Origin: Candidatus Hydrogenedentota bacterium | Lineage (GTDB): Bacteria > Hydrogenedentota > Hydrogenedentia > Hydrogenedentales > SLHB01 | Assembly: GCA_963674865.2 (NCBI GenBank) | Contig: CAXXYE010000009.1 | Span: 1,664,001 to 1,728,000 of the forward strand | Direction: 5' to 3' | Length of the DNA stretch: 64,000 nt | In this document: positions 42,464 through 49,208 of the stretch, piece after piece | How the letters are laid out: the number at the start of each line of letters is the position of its first letter | Position numbering within the stretch: the first letter of the stretch is position 1 | Translations under genes and position numbers: made by a program | The notes under the pieces: generated by a model | The model's database searches: none | What the model saw: the letters and a program-made list of their open reading frames with translations, nothing else | Told to the model about the DNA's origin: nothing

Positions 42464-43639
42464 TTAGGCCCTGTTCTTGCCTTTGGGCTTCTTCTTCGGG
42501 CGTCGTTGCTGCGGCATCATAACGCGGAGTTCGTGCAGGTCGCCGTAACAAAGGAGGACGTCGCCCGTTCGGATCACTTCGTCGCCTTTGGGATTCGGTA
42601 TGACTACCTGCTGTCGCGTGATGCTCATGACGTGGATATTCCTCTCGCTCAACGATGTCTCGCGCAGGGGCTTGTCCTCGAGTTCGGGCAGATCATGGAC
42701 GGGGAATTCGGCGATCCCGAGTCCGCCCGCGAGCCTTAATCGCTGTCTGAGATCCACATCCGGAAAGAGGACCTGCTTCTCGATGTCATCGATGATGGCC
42801 CCGGCCACGTCCGCCTTCGTCGCATACTCGACCCCTTCCAAGCCGGGAGATGAGTTGACCTCCATCACCTGAGGGCCCTCATCGGATTCGAGCATATCCA
42901 CGCCCGCGATGCGTAATCCCATGATCTGCGCCGCCCGGATAGCCGTATTCTCATACGCGGGATCGAGAGAGATGCCTTCCACCGAGCCGCCTTGGTGAAC
43001 ATTGCTGCGAAACTCGCCCGGCTGGGCCACCCGCCGCATAGCCGCCACCACGCGGTCGCCAATAACCAGGGCGCGTATGTCACGCCCCCGGCTCTCTTTC
43101 ACAAACTTCTGAATGAGCACGTTCTGCCGGGCGCTGTGAAGCGTTTGAATGATGGCCTCGGTGGTTTGCTCCGTTTCCGACAGAATGACGCCGATGCCCT
43201 GCGTGCCTTCGAGCACCTTGATGATTACGGGGCACCCGCCCACCTGGCGGATGGCGGGAAGAATCTCTGCCGTGTCCCTTACGAAGACCGTCGGCGGAAT
43301 GCCGATATCATGGCGGCTGAAGATCTGCATTGCCCGTAGCTTGTCACGGGAACGGGAGATCGCGAGCGACTCATTGGCGGTGTAGATGCCCATCTGCTCG
43401 AACTGGCGAACAACCGCAACGCCGAAAAACGTAATGCTCGCGCCCACCCGAGGGATCACGGCGTCCGTACGGGACAGCCGCCGATTGTGGTAAAAAAGCC
43501 CCGGCCGCTCTTTCTCCACGACTATCGAGAAATGCAGTGTGTCCAGAACCTGCGGTTTGTGGCCTCGCAGTACGGCCGCCTCCCTGAGGCGCCGCGTGCT
43601 GTAGCTCCGCGGCGAACGGCTTAGAATGACGATTCTCAT
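42464..43639 (-). CDS. rimK: RimK family ATP-grasp alpha-L-glutamate ligase with C-terminal TrkA-C (RCK_C) domain
   Basis: YSTRRL, DAVIPRVG, SRDKLR, GTQGIGV, DIRALV, FRSNVHQGG, EVNSSPG; ~95-aa tail ending PNPKGDEVIRTGDVLLCYG. Confidence 0.93.
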   Translation of the reverse strand: MRIVILSRSPRSYSTRRLREAAVLRGHKPQVLDTLHFSIVVEKERPGLFYHNRRLSRTDAVIPRVGASITFFGVAVVRQFEQMGIYTANESLAISRSRDKLRAMQIFSRHDIGIPPTVFVRDTAEILPAIRQVGGCPVIIKVLEGTQGIGVILSETEQTTEAIIQTLHSARQNVLIQKFVKESRGRDIRALVIGDRVVAAMRRVAQPGEFRSNVHQGGSVEGISLDPAYENTAIRAAQIMGLRIAGVDMLESDEGPQVMEVNSSPGLEGVEYATKADVAGAIIDDIEKQVLFPDVDLRQRLRLAGGLGIAEFPVHDLPELEDKPLRETSLSERNIHVMSITRQQVVIPNPKGDEVIRTGDVLLCYGDLHELRVMMPQQRRPKKKPKGKNRA

Positions 43640-44130
43640 GGCTCCATGCCCTTTGTGCGCTTTCGTTTGGGCTTTTTGCCCACGAGGCAGCGCCTGCTCG
43701 GATCTACGATGAAGTCTCGTTCGAGCGCTGTCCGGCCGAGTAACATGCGATGGATCATGCGCTCCCGCGAGACAAGGGATAATTCGATTTCCTTCTCCAC
43801 CGGCCCTAGGCGGATCACCGTCCGGACGAAGCACCGCACCGCGTAGTGGCCCGTACTCGAGCGGACCCGGGCCCACTTCGTTACCGGAGCTGACACTTCC
43901 ACGCGCCTGCGCTTCCGGCGCGGACCCGTGATGACGTGAAACTGCACAAAGCCGTCGGCCATAGGAGTGATATCTTCGACGTGCAACGCGCTGCTTCGGG
44001 CCCCCGTATCGGCTTTGGCGCGTACGCCCACGATGTCCCAATCGGGCAAGTCGATGTACTCCGTGAATCCGATGACCAACTTCTGGCCCGTTTTCAATGG
44101 ACGCGTAGGATTCAGTTCGGATTCGCTCAT
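43636..44130 (-). CDS. RimB-like retropepsin-fold protease ('ATP-dependent Zn protease' family)
   Basis: IGFTEY, AKADTGARSSALH, VRSSTG, MLLGR. ATGA-coupled to rimK. Confidence 0.88.
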   Translation of the reverse strand: MSESELNPTRPLKTGQKLVIGFTEYIDLPDWDIVGVRAKADTGARSSALHVEDITPMADGFVQFHVITGPRRKRRRVEVSAPVTKWARVRSSTGHYAVRCFVRTVIRLGPVEKEIELSLVSRERMIHRMLLGRTALERDFIVDPSRRCLVGKKPKRKRTKGMEP

Positions 44131-44319
44131 TAAGCAAAGCGCTCCAGCTTGTGGCCCGGTAGACAGCGAGCGTCCGGACACGTACCGCCTCGCTCAACAC
44201 AGGCATAACTCCCGCTCGTGCGTGCCCGACGATAGCCTACATTATACATGCCGGATAGCGGGCGCTCTCGAAGTAGGTAGGAAGGCATGAGAGAGTCTTG
44301 ACGCGCTTGGCGGCGACGC

Positions 44320-45369
44320 CTACGGATTCACCGCCTGGACGGCCGGCCGCGGTGTTGATTTGGCCAACAGCTGCGTTGCCGCCGCGACCACCTGATCCGG
44401 ATGGATGCGTGTCATGCAGCGGTGATCCTCAGGGCAGACGGATTTGTGACATCCCGCGCATTCGACGTCCGCGCGCAAGACGCGCCCGACTTCGTAAGGA
44501 CTGTCCGTGTAGCAGGGCAAGGTAGGTCCCATGAGGCAAAGGGTCGGCACCTTGAAGGCCACGGCCACGTGGCGCGGGCCGGAATCATTGCAGATCAAGA
44601 GGTCCAGTTGCGCGATGGTGGCCTTGAGCGTTTCCACTGTCGGGTGCCCCTCATCACACTGGATCGGCGACGTTTTCGCCTTCGCTGCGATGGTGTCGCG
44701 GAGGTTCTCTTCGCCCGGCCCGGTGAGCACTACGCATCGTGCGCCTGTGCGTTCCGCGAGGGCGTTGGCGACGGCCGCGTATGATTCGGCGGGCCATCGC
44801 TTGCTGGGGCCGAACGCGGCGCCCGGAGCCAATCCCACCAGCGGGCCTTTGCCCCGCAAATGGCGCTTAACCTGTTCAACGACGCCCGGCTGAGCGCGGA
44901 GTTCCAGGCCCGCGCCATCATCGGTGCACCCCAGATGACTGACGAGGTCAAGATACTCCCGCGCCATATAAACGGCCTGGATGCGGCCGTTCTCCCGGTG
45001 GGGCGGAATGGCGTGTGTCAGAAGGAAGGCCCGCCCGCCGCGATCATACGCAAGCCGTCGGCGCGCCCCCGCCAAGCGCGCGATGAGCGCCGCTCTAAAC
45101 GAGTGAGGGAACACTACGGCGATGTCCGCCGCATAGCGCCGCAAGCGCTGGCCGAGCAGCAGCACCCGGCGGACCCCCGGCCTGTCAAGAATGGGTATAG
45201 CTGCATGGAGCCATGGAAGGCCATTGAGAAGATCGCACGCGGCGGGCCTGCCGACCACCACGAGCTTAGCGCCCGGATAGGTTTGATGGAGTGCCCGCAG
45301 GGCCGGCGTGCACATAGCGACATCCCCCAGCCAGTTCGGCACGAACGCAAGAATCGTCCCAACCCGCAA
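44320..45369 (-). CDS. waaF: ADP-heptose:LPS heptosyltransferase II (GT9)
   Basis: PNWLGD, APGAAFGPSKRWP, NDSGPRHVA. TTG start at 45369 with AGGAG. Confidence 0.88.
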   Translation of the reverse strand: MRVGTILAFVPNWLGDVAMCTPALRALHQTYPGAKLVVVGRPAACDLLNGLPWLHAAIPILDRPGVRRVLLLGQRLRRYAADIAVVFPHSFRAALIARLAGARRRLAYDRGGRAFLLTHAIPPHRENGRIQAVYMAREYLDLVSHLGCTDDGAGLELRAQPGVVEQVKRHLRGKGPLVGLAPGAAFGPSKRWPAESYAAVANALAERTGARCVVLTGPGEENLRDTIAAKAKTSPIQCDEGHPTVETLKATIAQLDLLICNDSGPRHVAVAFKVPTLCLMGPTLPCYTDSPYEVGRVLRADVECAGCHKSVCPEDHRCMTRIHPDQVVAAATQLLAKSTPRPAVQAVNP

Positions 45370-45560
45370 GGCCCAAACTCCTCCCGCTGCAAGGGCGGAA
45401 ATCGCTGCGTTGTATCTGGCCGCACCGCACGCGCCCACCGCCCGCATTCGTGACCGCTCGTGGCCTTCCGCGAGACACGTATGCGCCGCCGGGCCTGTGC
45501 CCTCAAACGACGGCGCACCACTTCAGAATGAGAAAGCCTGGCAATCGGCCTTTGGCCGTA

Positions 45561-45920
45561 TTACCCGCGGCGGTTCTTGTCTACTTTCTGTCCAAGCTGT
45601 TCGACGAACTCCGGATCGCCCAGTGTTTGTCCGAAAAGCTGGTGGCGTTCCGAGAAATGGCGCTTGGCGATCTCGAAGAAATCTATGATCGCCCGCACCA
45701 AGACGAAGAAGAAGAAAACAAAATGGATAATCAGGAAGAATCCAAACCGCTTCGGATCATTGCGAACATAACCGAACTGCGAACCGAGCAACACAAAGAC
45801 CAGGATCGCAGCAAGCAGGTAAAAACTCATAGGCCGTCGGGCATTTGCTTCGGCCCAGGCCCTCCTCAGGCGCTCGCCCAACGACGGCGGCCCCTCGGGA
45901 TTGGATGTTCGCCCTTCCAT
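45561..45920 (-). CDS. Small two-TM membrane protein
   Basis: GAGGAG RBS, ATG 45920, two hydrophobic helices. Confidence 0.75.
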   Translation of the reverse strand: MEGRTSNPEGPPSLGERLRRAWAEANARRPMSFYLLAAILVFVLLGSQFGYVRNDPKRFGFFLIIHFVFFFFVLVRAIIDFFEIAKRHFSERHQLFGQTLGDPEFVEQLGQKVDKNRRG

Positions 45921-45939
45921 AGATCTCCTCTTCGAGTTG

Positions 45940-45948
45940 ATTATACCA
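45940..45948 (-). promoter_or_regulatory. Extended -10 promoter for the 45920 gene
   Basis: TGGTATAAT on the minus strand. Confidence 0.55.
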
Positions 45949-46138
45949 TTCGGGGCCGCCAAGTTCCCCTGGAGTCCCTCTCCCGGACGGCCCCACGGGC
46001 AGGCCGGGCGCGACCGCCTATGGCAGGCAAAGACACCAGCTCGCCTGCGCCGAGAGGCTCTCACCGCCTGGCCGGCCTTCGGGTGGAGTCCGGGTCAGGT
46101 CCCTACGGCGTATGTGCTGAGGGGCGGCGGCCGGAAAG

Positions 46139-46244
46139 CGACCGAATAATGGGCCGAGAGCTTTGAGCATTGAGACAAAAGGACTTACAAATGCCTCCCC
46201 AAGGAGCCGCACTTTCAGGCCGGACTCCTCGGCCCATTCGGTCG
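46139..46244. repeat. 17-bp inverted repeat enclosing ~70 nt
   Basis: CGACCGAAT(AAT)GGGCCGAG at 46139-46158 versus CTCGGCCCATTCGGTCG at 46228-46244. Confidence 0.75.
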
Positions 46245-46292
46245 AGGTTTTGGCGAATTATCGCCCTCTGCACATTTTTCGCAAAACATGGA

Positions 46293-46308
46293 CTACAACA
46301 TATTGAGC
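46293..46308. promoter_or_regulatory. NrdR-box-like operator 1
   Basis: ctaCaAcATaTtGagc matches all six core positions of acaCwAtATaTwGtgt. Confidence 0.6.
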
Positions 46309-46360
46309 GCCTCGAGCCCTCTTGCCGGCGCCATGGGCCTCCTGGGGCCAAAGCAGCCAA

Positions 46361-46376
46361 CGACTATAGGTGGTGT
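46361..46376. promoter_or_regulatory. NrdR-box-like operator 2 (weaker)
   Basis: cgaCtAtAggTgGtgt, five of six core positions. Confidence 0.4.
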
Positions 46377-46451
46377 TGCCGTCGAATCATAGCCCATCTT
46401 CTGGGAAATCCGCCGCCCGGAAAAAATCATATTTCGCAGCCTAAAAAGGAC

Positions 46452-46480
46452 TTGACAACCACCATATGTTGTGTTAGTAT
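46452..46480 (+). promoter_or_regulatory. Sigma70 promoter with an NrdR-box-like operator in its spacer
   Basis: TTGACA (46452)-17 nt-TAGTAT (46475). The spacer holds ccaCcAtATgTtGtgt (46459-46474). Confidence 0.8.
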
Positions 46481-46486
46481 CGCTTT

Positions 46487-46671
46487 GGTGTCTGAAACAG
46501 TTGTTAAGTGCGGACCAGGTCAGCGACGTAAGTCGCACCGCAGCCCAGGCCTAAATGGTCCGCCACAGTTGAGTGACTGAGATCAATGACCGCAGCCCAT
46601 GGTCTTAGTCGAAAAAGCTCTAACCGTGACCCTCTTGCGCCAAGAAACACGGAACGACGTTTTCAGACACT
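46487..46671 (+). ncRNA. Candidate structured non-coding RNA (~185 nt, four-way junction), family unassigned
   Basis: Begins 7 nt after the -10 box. Ends pair (GGTGTCTGAAA / TTTCAGACACT plus GTTGTT / AACGAC); three internal arms; GTAA GNRA tetraloop; ACCGCAGCCCA duplicated; terminator-like hairpin follows. Confidence 0.75.
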
Positions 46672-46680
46672 CCCCGCACA

Positions 46681-46721
46681 AAGCGGCGGGTTCCCCAAAA
46701 CCCGCCGCTTCCCCCCTTTTT
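46681..46721 (+). terminator. Terminator-like hairpin closing the candidate ncRNA
   Basis: AAGCGGCGGGTT-CCCCAA-AACCCGCCGCTT 12-bp stem. The T-run is offset by C6, which is atypical. Confidence 0.65.
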
Positions 46722-46810
46722 AGGGCACTTGTTTGTGTCTAGAACGCCCCTCAGTCTTCCCGTGTTCCCGCGCCGTAGTCCCCCTTTGTCCCTATTGCCT
46801 CTATTGCTCC

Positions 46811-46941
46811 GGACTGATCCTTCGCCTTGCGTTGCTCCCCACCCCGCCTCACGGCGACGCAGTTAGGCTCGACTACGAGCTCGTGACGTTCATCCTGGAG
46901 ACGGCTTCCACGTCCCCGATTTGGTGCGCCGGCAAGCGCAC
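46811..46941 (-). mobile_element. 5' fragment (domain I) of a group II intron, class IIC-like
   Basis: Minus strand begins GTGCG at 46941 and contains AACTGCGTCGCCGTGAGGCGGGGTGGGGAGCAAC..AGGCGAA. A stem-loop (TGCGGC..GCCGCA) lies immediately upstream. No RT ORF or domain V seen. Confidence 0.75.
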
Positions 46942-47136
46942 TGCGGCGGCGCGGCGTGCCGCAAGGGCCTAGCCGTGCCGTCCGTGCCCCGACATACGAA
47001 TTTCACGATTTCACCGCCCAAGCATATTTCGGTATTCCGTAAGCGTCCTGGACATTGTCAACATTCTATGCAATGACATCAGTAACCAGATATAAACGAC
47101 TACGTGTATAGCACGAGTGAGCACACGCACTACTAC

Positions 47137-47165
47137 TTGACATATGCCCAAGACGATGTTACACT
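47137..47165 (+). promoter_or_regulatory. Sigma70 promoter for the 47224 gene
   Basis: TTGACA-17 nt-TACACT with extended TG. Confidence 0.65.
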
Positions 47166-47223
47166 ATCTGTGTTCTATGTGGGATTTCGGGGTCGAACAC
47201 TAATTCTAACGGAGGGAACCACT

Positions 47224-47940
47224 ATGCGTACCATGTCTCTATCTTCACGTATCCCCCTAGCATCTCTACTCCTCGCGCTTCTCGCCACGTGTGTCATTGT
47301 CCCATCCAGCCACGCGGCCAACGGCGGCCTCTGGTATTGGCCGAGGTGGATCCAGTATTCGGCCGGCGGTGACCAATACCAATTCCGGCCCGTGTATTAC
47401 ACGTATGATCAACCGAGCCTAGGGGGCCCTGAATGGCCCGTCAAGACTCTGGCGGGCACGAAGGTAGCATACAAGAGCCTGAAGTGCATAAAAGAGCAGA
47501 GATATGAGAACAATCAATGGGTGAACTTTGGGACTACTACCGACTTCACGGTTCTCCAGAAAGCTGCGCTCCAGTTGAGCATCGAAAGCGTGAGTCCCAG
47601 TGACGACTTCAAGCCGGAGAATCGTGTGGCAGCTCCGTCGGCGAAATACAACTGCTTCTCGTACGCGCTGCAGAGTACGGGCTCATACAGCGGCCTTACA
47701 AACTACATACTTGAGGAGATTGACACCTTTGTGGACGACGATCTCGTTGAGGCGGGAGGTATTGGAGAAATCCTCACCTGCGCCAATGAGATCGAGGAAT
47801 ATGACCACGCTGCCGCTATTCCCTTCTTCAACTACAACTCAAAGTTCGGCTACTTGCATGGTGTGTACAATACAAGTCTCGCCACACTCGAAGGTGAGTA
47901 CGATGACGAGTGGACTTGCAACTTCAATGTTGATGACTGA
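47224..47940 (+). CDS. Secreted hypothetical protein with putative papain-like Cys-His C-terminal domain
   Basis: GGAGG RBS; signal peptide ending SHA; YNCFSYAL ... HAAA ... YNSKFG; visibly more AT-rich than flanks. Confidence 0.7.
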   Translation: MRTMSLSSRIPLASLLLALLATCVIVPSSHAANGGLWYWPRWIQYSAGGDQYQFRPVYYTYDQPSLGGPEWPVKTLAGTKVAYKSLKCIKEQRYENNQWVNFGTTTDFTVLQKAALQLSIESVSPSDDFKPENRVAAPSAKYNCFSYALQSTGSYSGLTNYILEEIDTFVDDDLVEAGGIGEILTCANEIEEYDHAAAIPFFNYNSKFGYLHGVYNTSLATLEGEYDDEWTCNFNVDD

Positions 47941-48031
47941 CATGCGGACTTATCTCAGGCGCCATGGCCAGTATTGTTGAGTCACGTTAGCCTCAGCATG
48001 AGGCCCGGTGCTGGCCAGGAAGAACTCGCTT

Positions 48032-48067
48032 GGCGGCGACGGTAACAGCCTGTAACCCGTCGCCGCC
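48032..48067. repeat. Perfect 11-bp intergenic hairpin
   Basis: GGCGGCGACGG / CCGTCGCCGCC; no T-tract. Confidence 0.65.
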
Positions 48068-48101
48068 TGGCTACTCAACCGGCTCGCAGTAAGGAGATAA
48101 C

Positions 48102-49139
48102 ATGCCACTCCAAAGTGCAACTTCACACTGGCGTAAGATTGGCCTGGTGGGCCTTGTCGGCCTGATCATAGGCCTGGGCGCGGCGCTATTCGTCCTGGAT
48201 TCCTCACCTCCGCCGCCCATTGAGGAGTCGTCCGCCCCGTCCACTCTCGCGCCCCCGGTGGATGCCGCGCCGCCTACCGTTGATACTCCCCAGGCGGCCG
48301 CCGAGACGCCGCAGACATTTCTCAACATCCTCGCCGGGATCCTGGACAAGCCGGAGGCAGGCCAATATCCCTCCGCCCCATTCTGGGAACTCGTGGAGGA
48401 CGAGCGGATGTATATCAGATTTCAGGCCTACCTGGATAGAAATCCCGAGGTGCGGGCGAGATGGCAGGCGGAATGGGATGAAGCGCAGCGGGAGTCCCTC
48501 GAGGAATCGCTACGTCACCTGCACGACGAAAACAACAAATGGATCGACCACGCCCTGATGCTCACTCCCAGCATGCAGGAGTATGACGACTATATCCAAC
48601 TCTTGGCTATCAACGCCGTCGAGCCCAGGACGCTCAAGCTCCTGGCCATCGCGGAGAACGGCTCCTCAGCCGAGAAGCAAGTCCTGTCCGACACCCTCAC
48701 CCAGTTCTGCCAAACCTACGCGGATCGGCAAGAGGGCGATATCCGCGACCCCGTGCCGATTCTTGCCGCGCAACTCGATCCCGACGGCAGGACGCTATCG
48801 ACGCTTGTTGCCGCGGCAGAACGTAAGGTTCAGACGTATGAGGAGAGTGTGCGCTGGGACAAAGCAGAGGATCGCAGACTTGGCCTTCCCTCAGGCTATA
48901 TGCCGCCGCAGGATTGTCAAGGCGTCGCCTATGCCGGCAAGACGCTTCTCGATCGCTTTCTCCGCGAGCCGGAGCTCCGGCAAGGCCTGAATCCCGCCCA
49001 ACTCGCCCTTCTCCGGCAATACGAGCACTTCACCGAGGACAACGGCCTCACCGGGCCTGAGGATTTCAACATGGATGCCGTCATGCCCCTCATCGACTAC
49101 GCCCGCCGCCTACAAGAACTCGCCGACCCCGCCTCTTGA
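48102..49139 (+). CDS. Membrane-anchored hypothetical protein
   Basis: TAAGGAG RBS, N-terminal TM helix, Pro/Ala linker, acidic helical body. Confidence 0.75.
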   Translation: MPLQSATSHWRKIGLVGLVGLIIGLGAALFVLDSSPPPPIEESSAPSTLAPPVDAAPPTVDTPQAAAETPQTFLNILAGILDKPEAGQYPSAPFWELVEDERMYIRFQAYLDRNPEVRARWQAEWDEAQRESLEESLRHLHDENNKWIDHALMLTPSMQEYDDYIQLLAINAVEPRTLKLLAIAENGSSAEKQVLSDTLTQFCQTYADRQEGDIRDPVPILAAQLDPDGRTLSTLVAAAERKVQTYEESVRWDKAEDRRLGLPSGYMPPQDCQGVAYAGKTLLDRFLREPELRQGLNPAQLALLRQYEHFTEDNGLTGPEDFNMDAVMPLIDYARRLQELADPAS

Positions 49140-49208
49140 GGAGGAGCCACGGCGATGAGCGCAGGGGATAAAACACTGCCCCCTCTATCCTCCCTTTGTC
49201 CGCCAGGA

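Noticed and set aside
43640..44206. N-terminal extension of RimK in the 580-aa track ORF
   Set aside because: Overlaps the RimB-like gene in another frame; RimK starts at 43639.
46091..46125. SRP RNA-like CGGGTCAGGTCC
   Set aside because: Lacks the following GGAA tetraloop and AGCAG of SRP helix 8.
46487..46671. 6S RNA identity for the candidate ncRNA (similar length, paired ends)
   Set aside because: Manual pairing gives strong local arms and a four-way junction rather than a rod with a central bubble. Not excluded until cmscan is run.
46170..46722. Coding explanation for the gap (136-aa ORF at 46170; 45-aa ORF from ATG 46586)
   Set aside because: No RBS or recognisable motifs; one spans the promoter, the other runs through the terminator hairpin.
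45960..47200. Replication origin
   Set aside because: No cluster of DnaA boxes. The only perfect TTATCCACA noticed is inside a CDS at 10792.
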